In this document: in pieces, positions 29,182-39,701 of the stretch
How positions within the stretch are numbered: position 1 is the first letter of the stretch
Layout: every line of letters begins with the position of its first letter
DNA from: Promethearchaeota archaeon
Lineage (GTDB): Archaea > Asgardarchaeota > Lokiarchaeia > Sigyniarchaeales > SOKP01
Direction of reading: 5' to 3'
Assembly (NCBI GenBank): GCA_019057795.1
Contig: JAHLWS010000070.1
Coordinates: 96,001 to 160,000, forward strand
DNA length: 64,000 nucleotides
Notes under the pieces: model-generated
Database searches by the model: none
The model's input: the letters and a program-made list of their open reading frames with translations, nothing else
What the model was told of the DNA's origin: nothing
Made by a program: the position numbers and the translations under genes

Positions 29182-30657
29182 CTAATCTTTCTTCATTAAC
29201 GCTTTATCCACAGATGAACCAAGTTTTTTCAAGGTTTCTCTAATATCGACCTTTTTAATCTTCCACTTCATTGGTTCTATGGTAATTATGAAGTTTTTCA
29301 CATCCGTTTTTGCTCGAATAAGAGTTTGATATCCTATTAACAATTTTCCTGTTTTTTTCGAAATTGTTTTTGACATAGTTATTTTACCGCAAGATATTCC
29401 TAAAGAGCGACACATCTCTTTAAAATTCTTAATTAGGGGTAATGACGCATTTCTAAAACCAATACCTATAGATTTGTTTTTTTTATCAACATAAATAGTA
29501 CCATCTGTATCAACTAACCCCTTTAAACCTCTAATTACTAGGGGACTATATTTAAATATCCACTCTTCCTTATTGCGTTCAATCCATTCTTGATCCTTTT
29601 TAATCCATTGAGGAACGCATACTTGGTTTTGTACTTTGTCTCCTGTCATTAATCCTAATCGCTTTAATGTCTCTATCAAACCATCTCCATATAATTTAAT
29701 GTCGACTGATTTAGAATTCTTTCGTGGAACCAAATCTGGAGAAATCTTAAACACCTTTTGCATCAAATTTTTTACATAATGTACATATTCGAGTTCATCC
29801 ACACGATTCAAAGATATGCTTAATAAACTATTTTTGTATTTCTTTTCTCCTTTTTTATGAAGATGTCCATCCCCTAATATTATACATATTAACTCAGCAA
29901 GATCTTCATTCTTTTTTAATTTTAAAGGTTTATTTATTTTTTCTTTGGACTCAATTATTTTATGTGGAATTCTATTTCCATAAAATTCTACTAATTTTTC
30001 AAAACTATTTTGGTTCAGGGTGTATCCATGATATAAAGTATTACCAATGTAGGTTCCTATATTCTTACTTATTTTATTATTTGAAATTCCTCTATCGTTG
30101 AGTTTTGAACATATTTCACTTATTAAAGAAGGTTCTATGTAAATTCGGCCTTTTTTTTCTAAAATTTCAATTTTTTCTGCTCTGCATATTTCCCTTCCAG
30201 CTAGACTTTCAAGCTTTTTTAGAGATTTCTTATTTATTCTATTTCCCCGGTAAAGAGCACCTCTGATATCAACTCCAATTTTTTCTCTTATTTGTTTTAA
30301 AGTAAAACCATTGTTTTTTAATTCGTCCCAAATTTTCTTTAAATCATCATCATCTAATTTAATTTTATCTTCGTCAATTTTTTTTTTATTTTCAAGATTC
30401 TCTTCTTTTAATTCATAAATTGGTTTATAATGTTCATCAAGATCAAGTGGTTCCCAATCATCTCCTATTTCTTGTTCATCGGAATTAATGGGTTCCCAGT
30501 CATCTTCTAATAATTCTTTATTACCTTCATCTTCCTCAAAGGGTTCCCAATTATCCTCTATTTCTTCTAGAAGGTTTTTTTTTAGTTCTTTCTCATCCCC
30601 TGAATTATCTCCAATATAATCAACGATTTCTTCATCATAATCCTTGTTATTCATCAA
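29182..30657 (-). CDS. Free-standing double-motif LAGLIDADG endonuclease-like protein with acidic N-terminal repeats and two HTH-like repeats
   Basis: LAELICIILGDG and LKGLVDTDG motifs; three D[ND]WEP repeats. Confidence 0.8.
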   Translation of the reverse strand: MMNNKDYDEEIVDYIGDNSGDEKELKKNLLEEIEDNWEPFEEDEGNKELLEDDWEPINSDEQEIGDDWEPLDLDEHYKPIYELKEENLENKKKIDEDKIKLDDDDLKKIWDELKNNGFTLKQIREKIGVDIRGALYRGNRINKKSLKKLESLAGREICRAEKIEILEKKGRIYIEPSLISEICSKLNDRGISNNKISKNIGTYIGNTLYHGYTLNQNSFEKLVEFYGNRIPHKIIESKEKINKPLKLKKNEDLAELICIILGDGHLHKKGEKKYKNSLLSISLNRVDELEYVHYVKNLMQKVFKISPDLVPRKNSKSVDIKLYGDGLIETLKRLGLMTGDKVQNQVCVPQWIKKDQEWIERNKEEWIFKYSPLVIRGLKGLVDTDGTIYVDKKNKSIGIGFRNASLPLIKNFKEMCRSLGISCGKITMSKTISKKTGKLLIGYQTLIRAKTDVKNFIITIEPMKWKIKKVDIRETLKKLGSSVDKALMKKD

Positions 30658-30796
30658 CTATTTTTCTTTATCATTGTTTTTATACTCCCCTGAATCTTCT
30701 ACAAGAAAATAAATTAGATGAAAAATAAAATAGTAATATCAGTGCTTAAAAAATTTAAAACCTAATTAAATCATATAGAATTATAAAATTTTACCA

Positions 30797-31813
30797 ATGA
30801 ATAACAACGATTATATTAGTTCAATAGGAGAAATAACATTAATAAGAATTATAGAAGAATTAATTTTTGAAAAAACTGGAAGGAAATTAATTAGAGACGA
30901 TTCTTTTTTTTTTAAAATTATAGAGGAAGATATCCTAAAAGATATCGTTCTTAACTCAGACATGTTCAATGCTGCAACTGATGCTCCAGAACAAATGTCC
31001 TTTTATCAGATGGGACGAAAATCTGTTCTTATGAATATAAGCGATCTTGTTGTTAAGGGCGTAAAACCCCAAGGTGTTATTATTTCTCTAGGACTTCCTG
31101 AAAATTTAAAAGTTATAGATTTTAAATGTTTGATTGAAGGAATTATCGATTATATAAAATTGTGGAATATTAATTATCTGGGAGGAGATATTAATAAATC
31201 TAAAGAAATAATTATAAATCCGACTGTATTTGGTTTTAAGGATCCAAAAAAAATAATTTATCGAAAAGGTTTAAAACCAGACGATTTAATTTTAATAAAC
31301 AATAAATTCGGCTTAACTGGTGTAGGATTTGACATAATTTTAAATAGAAAAGAGAAAATAGAGGATTTTTCTAAATATAGTAGAGCTATCAAAAGTGTAT
31401 TAGAACCAAACGATATAGGAAAGGAAGGTATTGTTTTGGCAGATAACCAATTAGCAACGGCGAGTATTGATTCTTCTGATGGGTTATCTAAATCTTTAAA
31501 AGATTTGCTTTTGTCAAATCCTAATATGGGGTTTGAAATTGAATTTAATGAAAACTTAATTCATCAAGATTCAATAAAATATTCAAAAGAATACAATGCC
31601 TCGTTAGAAAAATTAATCTTTAATGGAGGAGAAGAATTTATTCATCTATTTACAACCAATGCCAAAAATTTTAAAACGGCTCAAAAATTCGTCAATTCGA
31701 TGGGTGGAAAATTGTTTAAGATCGGAAAAGTAATTTCTGAGGAAAAAATCTATTTTTTAAAAGAAGGTAAAAGAATTGAATTAAAGAGTCAAGGTTATGA
31801 ACATTTTAAATAA
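30797..31813 (+). CDS. thiL: Thiamine-monophosphate kinase
   Basis: IGE..LI, DD, NISDL..KG, GGD, IDSSDGL, GGEEF, GYEHF. Confidence 0.93.
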   Translation: MNNNDYISSIGEITLIRIIEELIFEKTGRKLIRDDSFFFKIIEEDILKDIVLNSDMFNAATDAPEQMSFYQMGRKSVLMNISDLVVKGVKPQGVIISLGLPENLKVIDFKCLIEGIIDYIKLWNINYLGGDINKSKEIIINPTVFGFKDPKKIIYRKGLKPDDLILINNKFGLTGVGFDIILNRKEKIEDFSKYSRAIKSVLEPNDIGKEGIVLADNQLATASIDSSDGLSKSLKDLLLSNPNMGFEIEFNENLIHQDSIKYSKEYNASLEKLIFNGGEEFIHLFTTNAKNFKTAQKFVNSMGGKLFKIGKVISEEKIYFLKEGKRIELKSQGYEHFK

Positions 31814-31968
31814 TTTACCTTAATGAAAACATTCAAGGAATATAGAACAGAAACGACTACAGAAAAAGTTATAAATTATTATAGATTTTATCCATTACAA
31901 TTTTACTTTAATTTTAACTTTTTAACAAGAATTAAAACATTTGATCTTATAATTATTCTATTAAAACA

Positions 31969-32072
31969 GGGCCATTAGCGCAGGCAGGTAGCGCAGCAGG
32001 CTTTTAACCTGAAGGTCGTGGGTTCGATATGCTCGTTCGAAAAGATCGGGTGCGAAATTCCCACATGGCCCG
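31969..32072 (+). tRNA. tRNA-Lys(TTT) with 30-nt intron (32029-32058) at position 59/60
   Basis: Acceptor stem GGGCCAT/ATGGCCC; anticodon loop CTTTTAA; BHB GTGGG-TTCG-ATA...CGAA-ATT-CCCAC; splicing gives T loop TTCGATT. Confidence 0.92.
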
Positions 32073-32215
32073 CTAATATTTTACTATTTGTAAAGGCTGA
32101 GTTAAAATTTATTTTTAAAAGAAAAGTTTTGCATGAAATAATTAATCGAGTATGCATTAAAGGTAAATATAAAGATAGTTCGTTAAAACGAATAAGCTCT
32201 CTTACAGCTAAAAAA

Positions 32216-33232
32216 ATGGTTGATATAGAATTTAAATTACCATCTGATGAACCCGAACAATTAATAGTTAAATCCCAAGACACTACTAACGAAGCATATG
32301 GGTGTGAACCGGACAAAAGAGACATAGAGGCCCTCTTAAAATATGGTGTTATAAATTTAAATAAACCCAGTGGTCCAACAAGCCATGAAGTAGTCTCTTG
32401 GGCCCGCAAGATTTTAGGAATTGATAACGCAGGACATGGGGGGACTTTAGATCCAAAGGTTACTGGAATATTACCTTGTGCGCTTGGTAAAGCTACCAGA
32501 GTCTTGTCGGCATTATTGAATGCCGGTAAAGAATATGTAGGAGTTATGTATTTGCACACACCTGAGAAATTAAAAAAAATTGAAAAAGTATTTAAAATAT
32601 TCACAGGTAAAATTTATCAAATGCCTCCTATAAAATCATCAGTAGTTCGAAAATTGAGAATAAGAGAGATATATTATGCTAAAGTGCTTGAGGTAAATAA
32701 GAATCATGTATTATTTAAGGTCGGATGCGAAGCAGGTACTTACATCCGAAAATTATGTTTTGATATAGGTGAAGCTTTATGTTCAGGAGCACATATGCTA
32801 GAATTAAGGCGAACTAGAGTAGGTAATTTTATAGAAGATAAAAGCCATGTAAACCTTCATAATCTAAAAGACGCGTATTCTATATACCGTGAAGAAGGTG
32901 ATGACTATTATTTGAGGAAAGTAATTTCTCCTATGGAAAAAATGGTATCACATTTGCCAAAAATATATGTAAGAGATACTGCTGTTGATGCTTTATGTCA
33001 TGGTGCAGATTTAGCTTCTGCTGGAACGTGTTTTGTAGATGCACGAATCAATAATAATATGCAAATAGTTTACATGACGCTTAAAAAAGAATTAATTGGT
33101 TTTGGTACTGCTAAAATGAATGCAATCAAGATTTACAAGGCAAAATCTGGAATTGTGGCTAGAACCAATAAAATATTTATGGAACGAGGCATTTATCCTC
33201 GGTGGAACGAAATAATCAAAAACAAAAAGTAA
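32216..33232 (+). CDS. cbf5: H/ACA RNA-guided pseudouridine synthase Cbf5
   Basis: KPSGPTSHE, GHGGTLDP, GTYIR, LRR, PUA domain. Start moved to ATG 32216 because the longer ORF overlaps the tRNA. Confidence 0.95.
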   Translation: MVDIEFKLPSDEPEQLIVKSQDTTNEAYGCEPDKRDIEALLKYGVINLNKPSGPTSHEVVSWARKILGIDNAGHGGTLDPKVTGILPCALGKATRVLSALLNAGKEYVGVMYLHTPEKLKKIEKVFKIFTGKIYQMPPIKSSVVRKLRIREIYYAKVLEVNKNHVLFKVGCEAGTYIRKLCFDIGEALCSGAHMLELRRTRVGNFIEDKSHVNLHNLKDAYSIYREEGDDYYLRKVISPMEKMVSHLPKIYVRDTAVDALCHGADLASAGTCFVDARINNNMQIVYMTLKKELIGFGTAKMNAIKIYKAKSGIVARTNKIFMERGIYPRWNEIIKNKK

Positions 33233-33246
33233 GAAAATATAAAAAT

Positions 33247-33885
33247 ATGAAGCAAAAGAACCAACATTATTCTACTCAGTTCCCAGATGTAAAAATTAAA
33301 GTTTATTCCGTTCCAGAAAGTTTAAAACAGCATTTATTCATTTTTAAAACTATCACGGGAGTTTTTTCATTTAAAAAAATAGATTTAGGAACTAAGGTTT
33401 TTATTGAGCACATGACCGTCCCAAAAAAACAGAGCGTTTTACTCGATCTGGGGTGCGGGTATGGTGCGATTGGAATTGTGTTAGCATATATATCACCTCA
33501 AAGCACAGTTTATCTAATTGATATAAATAAAAGAGCAATCTGGTGCACTAGGGAAAATATAAAATATAATTTATTGGATAGGACAAACAAAGTTATTACT
33601 TTATCAGGAAACTATTTTAAACCTATAAAAAATAAAAACATAAAGTTTGATGGAATTTATATGAATCCACCTTTACGCAATGGTAGAAGAGAATTTCTCA
33701 AGCTATGTGAAGAGGTTCCTTATTTTTTAAAGCCAAAAGGACTATTTCAATTCGTGATTAAAAAAAAAATGGGCGCAGAATATGTATTAAAATACATAAA
33801 TAGCAATTTTTCAAAGATATTCGATATCAAGATAATTTGTAAGAGATCTGGATACTGGGTTTTTGATCTAACTATATTAGATTAG
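33247..33885 (+). CDS. Class I SAM-dependent methyltransferase, RsmC-like
   Basis: GVFS...D.GT, LDLGCGYG, NPP. Confidence 0.85.
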   Translation: MKQKNQHYSTQFPDVKIKVYSVPESLKQHLFIFKTITGVFSFKKIDLGTKVFIEHMTVPKKQSVLLDLGCGYGAIGIVLAYISPQSTVYLIDINKRAIWCTRENIKYNLLDRTNKVITLSGNYFKPIKNKNIKFDGIYMNPPLRNGRREFLKLCEEVPYFLKPKGLFQFVIKKKMGAEYVLKYINSNFSKIFDIKIICKRSGYWVFDLTILD

Positions 33886-34003
33886 AGCAATAATTTTGAT
33901 TTTATTAATAATAAAATTCAAGAAAATTTTTTAGTAAAAATGGAAAATTTTTTTACAAATCGAATATTCTTTTAAAAAATACAGCAAGGAAAGAGGATTT
34001 TTT

Positions 34004-34261
34004 TTGACTAAAAAAAGAAAGATAGATGTTCTACTTCATGAGCTGGTTCCCAAACATTACCTTTTAACAAAAGAAGAATCGCAAAATTTGTTAGAAAAAT
34101 ATAAAATACATATTTCTGATTTACCTCAAATGTTTGAAAAAGATCCAGTAGCAATTGCAATTGGTGCAAAAGAAGGTGATATTGTTAAGATTGTTCGAGA
34201 TTCTCGTACAACAGTAAAATTCATAAATTATTATCGTTATGTCAAAAAAGAAAAAGTGTAA
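34004..34261 (+). CDS. rpoH: RNA polymerase subunit Rpo5 (H)
   Basis: HELVPKH, LP....DP, GD.VKI.R.S, YYRYV. Confidence 0.96.
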   Translation: MTKKRKIDVLLHELVPKHYLLTKEESQNLLEKYKIHISDLPQMFEKDPVAIAIGAKEGDIVKIVRDSRTTVKFINYYRYVKKEKV

Positions 34262-34306
34262 TTAATCTCTTTTATTGAAATTAATATTAAATAGGTTAGA
34301 CAAAAA

Positions 34307-37300
34307 TTGAGCGCTGAAAGATTATCTAATAACGATAAGTGGGTCGTTTTAAAAAGTTTATTTGATGAGAAGGGTCTAGTGCGTCAACATCTCGATTCTT
34401 ATAATATTTTTATTGAAGATGAAATGCAAAGTATAGTAGATGAATCGAATGAAGTAGTACCGGATATTCCCGGCTTCAAAATAAGTTTTGGGAAAATTAA
34501 GGTTGGGGTGCCTAAAGTCAGGGAAGCGGACGGTGCCACGATGGAAATCACACCTATTGAGGCTAGAATTCGAGAATTAAGTTATGCTGCGGATATTATA
34601 TTAGAAATGACCCCCATAACTATTGATGAACGAACTCAAAGGGAGGAAATGGAAGAGACACTTGATATATATATTGGTAAAATACCTATAATGCTAAAAA
34701 GTTGTCGTTGCCCTTTGGAAAACTTAACAGAACAAGAGTTAATTAACCGAGGAGAAGACCCACTTGATCCCGGTGGATATTTTATAATAAATGGGACTGA
34801 GCGCGTACTGGTGACGCAAGAAGATTTAGCTCCCAATAGAATTTTAGCGGAAGAGGCAAGTAGAAGTTCAAGTGCTACACATCAAGCAAAAGTATTTTCT
34901 ACGAGAAGTGGTTTTCGGGCACCTGTAACTATCGAAAGAAAGAAAGACGGAAATTTAAGAGTCTCGTTTCCTTCTGTTCCAGGCAAAATTCCGCTTGCGA
35001 TCTTAATGCGTGCCTTAGGGTTACACTCTGATAAAGAAATTTTTGAAGCCATTTCAGAAAATGATGATATTCAGAAAGAATTGATTCCAGTTATAGATGT
35101 TGCTTCGGAAATCCAAGTATTAAAAGATCCTGAAAAATCTCAACAAAATGCTTTAGATTATATAGGAAAGAGAGTCGCAATTGGGCAAACAAAGGATTAC
35201 CGAATTAGAAGAGCGCTTCAAGTTTTAGATAGATACCTTTTACCTCATATTGGAAATGCGGAAGAGGATCGAATAAAGAAAGCTTATTATTTAGGTCAAA
35301 TGGCTCAAAAAGTAATGGAACTCGCCTTAAAATTTCGTGAGTCTGATGATAAAGATCATTATGCCAATAAAAGATTGAAATTAGCTGGTGAATTATTTAC
35401 ATCCCTATTTAGAGTTGCGTTTTTAAATCTTGTAAAAGACATAAAGTACCAACTAGAACGTACCGCTGTTCGAGGGAGAGCTCCTAATATCAAAACTGCT
35501 GTGAGAGCGGATGTAATTACTGAAAGGATAAGACATGCTTTAGCAACAGGCAACTGGGTTGGAGGTAAAGCTGGCGTTAGTCAATTGTTGAATAGAACAA
35601 ATCATGTTGGGACATTAAGTCATTTAAGGAGAGTAATATCGCCATTAAGTAGAAGTCAACCGCATTTTGAAGCGAGAGATTTACATCCCACCCAATGGGG
35701 TAAGATTTGTCCAGCAGAAACCCCAGAGGGGCCAAACTGTGGTTTGGTTAAAAATCTTGGATTAGCTTCTATTATTTCTGTTGGCGCCGATGAGAGAATT
35801 ATTGAAAACATATTAATAGATTTAGGAGTAATTCCAATTAATGAAGTAAAAAGAATAAAAGGGGAAAAGGTAAATGTATTTCTTAATGGCAAATTAGTCG
35901 GTATTCATCAAAAACATAATCCCTTTTTAAATCAACTTAGAGAGAAGAGACGTAAAGGCGAGATTGGTCAACATGTGAATATTGGATATTATAACGATTC
36001 TAAAGAGATTCAAATAAATTGTGATGCAGGGAGAGCGACTAGACCATTATTTATAATTAAGAACAAACAAATCCTCATTACGAAAGAAGATGTAGAGAAA
36101 ATTAAACAAGGTAAGTATGCGTGGACAGATTTGATTGAGAAAGGTGTTATTGAATATCTAGACGCAGAAGAAGAAGAGAATTCTTATATTGCTATGTTTG
36201 AAGAAGATATTACGGCTGAACATACACATTTAGAGATTTCTCCTGCTGCTATTTTAGGAATATGCGCTTCAGTAATTCCATTTCCAGAACATAATCAATC
36301 TCCACGAAATACATACGAAGCGGGGATGGTTAAACAAGCATTAGGACTATTTGCTGCAAATATGCATTTAAAACTTGATACGCGTGGTCATACGCTTCAT
36401 TATCCTCAACTACCATTAGTTATAACGAGCCCAATGAAGATAATTGGAATTAATCGCCGACCAGCGGGACAAAACTTCATAGTTGGCATGATGAGTTTTG
36501 AAGGTTATAATATTGAAGATGCAATTATTATAAACAAATCCTCAATAGAACGCGGTCTCGCACGCAGTCATTTCTTCAGAACTTACGATGCCGAAGAAAG
36601 GAAATATCCCGGAGGAGAATTGGATAAATTTGAAATACCAGAAAGAGGCGTTAGAGGTTTCAAATCCGCTGAATCTTATCGATTATTATCTGAAGAAGAT
36701 GGAATTATCGAACCTGAAACCACTGTAGGGGGGGGCGATGTTTTAATAGGACGCACATCTCCTCCACGATTTATTAAATCTTACGAAGAATTTGAATTGA
36801 TGCAACCAAATAGAAGAGAAACTTCAAAAAATATGCGTCACAATGAGAAAGGAATTGTAGATACTGTAATTATTTCTGAAACTGTTGATGGTAATAAATT
36901 AGTAAAAATTAAAGTAAGAGACCTACGTATTCCTGAATTAGGAGATAAATTCTCTTCACGACATGGACAGAAAGGGGTACTGGGGTTAGTCCAGCCGGCG
37001 GAGGACATGCCTTTCACTTCAAATGGCGTAATTCCAGATATTATTGTAAATCCTCATGCTATGCCATCAAGAATGACCTTAGGACAGCTCTTTGAAGGAA
37101 TTAGTGGTAAAATTGCGTGTACAACCGGAGAATTAGGTGATGCAACAGCGTTCGAATGGAAAGATATTACGAAACTTCAAGATCAATTAGTAGAAGCGGG
37201 ATTTGAATTTAATGGAAGAGAGGTAATGTATAATGGAATTACAGGAGAAAAATATGAGGCAGGAATTTATTGCGCCCCAATTTATTATCAAAAATTGTAT

Positions 37301-37678
37301 CATCTTGTTGCAGACAAACTTCACGCAAGAGCAAGGGGGCCAGTTCAAATTCTAACTAGACAACCAACAGAAGGAAGAGCAAGAGAAGGAGGTTTACGAT
37401 TCGGCGAGATGGAACGAGATTGCTTAGTGGGTCATGGGTCCGCTTTATTATTAAAGGAAAGATTGCTTGATGAGTCTGATAGAACTGTAATTTTAGTTTG
37501 TGAGAAATGTGGGCTTTTAGCAGTTTACGATCGAAACAAAGATAAAAGATATTGTCCTATATGTGGACAAGGAACTGTAATATCAAAAGTAGTATGTTCT
37601 TATGCTTTTAAACTGCTACTCCAAGAAATGATGAGTTTAGGACTTGCGCCACGTCTAAAATTAAAAGAAAAAATTTAA
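34307..37678 (+). CDS. rpoB: RNA polymerase subunit Rpo2 (B), unsplit
   Basis: GGYFIING.ERV, ETPEG, GDKFSSRHGQKG, GGLRFGEMERD, C-terminal zinc finger. Confidence 0.99.
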   Translation: MSAERLSNNDKWVVLKSLFDEKGLVRQHLDSYNIFIEDEMQSIVDESNEVVPDIPGFKISFGKIKVGVPKVREADGATMEITPIEARIRELSYAADIILEMTPITIDERTQREEMEETLDIYIGKIPIMLKSCRCPLENLTEQELINRGEDPLDPGGYFIINGTERVLVTQEDLAPNRILAEEASRSSSATHQAKVFSTRSGFRAPVTIERKKDGNLRVSFPSVPGKIPLAILMRALGLHSDKEIFEAISENDDIQKELIPVIDVASEIQVLKDPEKSQQNALDYIGKRVAIGQTKDYRIRRALQVLDRYLLPHIGNAEEDRIKKAYYLGQMAQKVMELALKFRESDDKDHYANKRLKLAGELFTSLFRVAFLNLVKDIKYQLERTAVRGRAPNIKTAVRADVITERIRHALATGNWVGGKAGVSQLLNRTNHVGTLSHLRRVISPLSRSQPHFEARDLHPTQWGKICPAETPEGPNCGLVKNLGLASIISVGADERIIENILIDLGVIPINEVKRIKGEKVNVFLNGKLVGIHQKHNPFLNQLREKRRKGEIGQHVNIGYYNDSKEIQINCDAGRATRPLFIIKNKQILITKEDVEKIKQGKYAWTDLIEKGVIEYLDAEEEENSYIAMFEEDITAEHTHLEISPAAILGICASVIPFPEHNQSPRNTYEAGMVKQALGLFAANMHLKLDTRGHTLHYPQLPLVITSPMKIIGINRRPAGQNFIVGMMSFEGYNIEDAIIINKSSIERGLARSHFFRTYDAEERKYPGGELDKFEIPERGVRGFKSAESYRLLSEEDGIIEPETTVGGGDVLIGRTSPPRFIKSYEEFELMQPNRRETSKNMRHNEKGIVDTVIISETVDGNKLVKIKVRDLRIPELGDKFSSRHGQKGVLGLVQPAEDMPFTSNGVIPDIIVNPHAMPSRMTLGQLFEGISGKIACTTGELGDATAFEWKDITKLQDQLVEAGFEFNGREVMYNGITGEKYEAGIYCAPIYYQKLYHLVADKLHARARGPVQILTRQPTEGRAREGGLRFGEMERDCLVGHGSALLLKERLLDESDRTVILVCEKCGLLAVYDRNKDKRYCPICGQGTVISKVVCSYAFKLLLQEMMSLGLAPRLKLKEKI

Positions 37679-37761
37679 GCAAATTATCTCATTTTTACTC
37701 TATTTACTATAATTTATCAATTAAATAACCAAACTTCAATTGTAAAATAAAAAAAATAGAT

Positions 37762-38187
37762 TTAAAGGCCAAATCCTAGGAATCCATAAAGCTCTGGTAT
37801 CATAGTATAGAGAAGAAACAAGAAAAACAATGTTAGTAAAGATATCCATACAGCTTGATCCCAAGAAAGGTCGATTAAAAATTTTGTTAAAATCAAAATA
37901 ATTAGAAATCCAATGACAGGCGTTAATTGAGTTAAATAGTTTGAGCCACTAAAAGCTATTAAATTACCAATTGCTCCTAATACTGAATTTATTGCTCCCA
38001 GAATTATTGGTAATATTAAAACGCAAATAAAAGCTAAGAGAATAATTAAAAATTTTTTATCAGAAGCTTTAGTTTTAGAAACAATAAGCAAAACCGAGAT
38101 GTAAATGATTAACGCGACAATTACAGTTGCTAGTATTAACCATAAAATAAAGAATAAAGTGCTTTCCCATTGAAATAACATTTTCAA
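37762..38187 (-). CDS. Four-TM membrane protein
   Basis: Four hydrophobic helices. Confidence 0.75.
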   Translation of the reverse strand: MKMLFQWESTLFFILWLILATVIVALIIYISVLLIVSKTKASDKKFLIILLAFICVLILPIILGAINSVLGAIGNLIAFSGSNYLTQLTPVIGFLIILILTKFLIDLSWDQAVWISLLTLFFLFLLYTMIPELYGFLGFGL

Positions 38188-38387
38188 AACTCCAATTTAA
38201 TTTTTAAGTTTGTTTAAAAAATAATTTATAAGAAAAAATTCTCCTTCTTTTATAAATGTTTATCATATTTACTATTGATTAACATTGAGATTAAACTAAT
38301 TTTAAAATTAGTAATATTATAAGGATTTATGGATAATTATATAAATCTGAAAAAAATTAGAATTAGGTGTTTTTGTTAACGGATTAA

Positions 38388-38618
38388 TTATATACCAAAC
38401 GATATAAGGAAGAAATGGAACGCGAAACCTAGAAATACAGCTGCAAAGCTTATTGAAAGGATCGAGAGTTTAATTGATAATTCCCTTCCATATCTTGTAT
38501 AAACTATTAAAATTGTTAAACTAACCAACCCAACTATTAGAAAAATCCACGCTAATATCCAAATAGTTAATGAAGGAACTTGAAAATCATTAATTTGAAG
38601 GAATGTAAACAACATCAA
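38388..38618 (-). CDS. Small two-TM membrane protein
   Basis: Two hydrophobic helices flanking TRYGRE. Confidence 0.65.
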   Translation of the reverse strand: MMLFTFLQINDFQVPSLTIWILAWIFLIVGLVSLTILIVYTRYGRELSIKLSILSISFAAVFLGFAFHFFLISFGI

Positions 38619-38816
38619 TAATCGCTAAATATTTTTATGATTTAAATTATATGTTATCTTTTATTTTTTTTTAACTTTATTAATGTTCTCAAGAATAGCA
38701 TCTTTTGACTTAATTTTAGTCACTTCTTATTAAATAAATTAAAATTTAAAGTTATATTCTATATATATTATCATTATTTAGATCTATATAATTAAAGGAA
38801 AATTAATGAGATAAAA

Positions 38817-39599
38817 ATGCATTTTTTAAGTAGATTAATTGAAAACCCAATTTTAGAGGATCCTGCAAAAAATCATATGAACATTCATAGACATTTCTAC
38901 AGGTATTCTAAAGGAGATTTTATTGGTCCCGCATTAAAAATCACTAAAACTAAAGCAAAAATAACTTTGAAAGGAACTCATGAATATGAAGATTTAATTT
39001 CAGAAATTATCGCAAAAACTATTTCGGATCCAAAAAAAGGTTTTGAAGTGGAAGGAACACTAATTACTGGCATGGATTTATCAGAGGCCATCACGGATTT
39101 AGGGTTAAATTGGATTTTAAAAAAATCTACGGGTAAAACAAAGAATTACAAAGCAGATATTGTTGATCAAATTAACAAAAATCAGTTACTCCAAGCAATT
39201 AATGTATTTCGAGAAAATAGTTATTTGTTACTCTCCTTTATTATTAACCCAACCAGTAAAGTCACAACCAAAAAAAAGATACCACAGCCATCTAAAAAAA
39301 AGGCTGAAGATGATGATTTAGGTAAAAGAATACAGTTTTGTACTGGAATTATGAGTAATACAGATGCAAATATTAAGATGGTTTTAGATTTAGTTGCTTC
39401 TGATTTTAAAACGGACGTTCCTAATAACTGGAAAACTATTATTTTGCTCAATAACTACAACATAACTGAGATTGTTATTCCAAAAAACATCAAGGACTCT
39501 CGCTTATTAAGGATTATGGCCATTAGGAAAGGGAAAATGTATCGATCAATTAATATAGATGGCGAACTAATAGAAAAACAGTATTCAATCTTTGTTTAA
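38817..39599 (+). CDS. Conserved archaeal hypothetical protein
   Basis: H..F.RYSKG.F.GP, P.P.K, FC and A.RKG...R motifs. Confidence 0.75.
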   Translation: MHFLSRLIENPILEDPAKNHMNIHRHFYRYSKGDFIGPALKITKTKAKITLKGTHEYEDLISEIIAKTISDPKKGFEVEGTLITGMDLSEAITDLGLNWILKKSTGKTKNYKADIVDQINKNQLLQAINVFRENSYLLLSFIINPTSKVTTKKKIPQPSKKKAEDDDLGKRIQFCTGIMSNTDANIKMVLDLVASDFKTDVPNNWKTIILLNNYNITEIVIPKNIKDSRLLRIMAIRKGKMYRSINIDGELIEKQYSIFV

Positions 39600-39701
39600 T
39601 TTTTTTGAAGTTAAATTCCATCATTTAAAAATTCAAAAAATTTAATTTTTAAAAAGGTTTATGTAAATTATTAATAGAAAAAATATGGAATATTACGTAC
39701 T

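Noticed and set aside
30440-30560. DDWE repeats as Arp2/3-binding acidic motifs completing a WCA set
   Set aside because: They sit in a LAGLIDADG DNA-binding protein 19 kb from the WH2-like gene; acidic Trp motifs are too low in complexity to support the link.
32018-32215. N-terminal extension of Cbf5 in the ORF track
   Set aside because: It overlaps tRNA-Lys and AT-rich intergenic DNA; ATG 32216 fits the family length.
32420-32470. Crenarchaeal-type intron in cbf5
   Set aside because: GHGGTLDPKV is continuous and in frame; no insertion.
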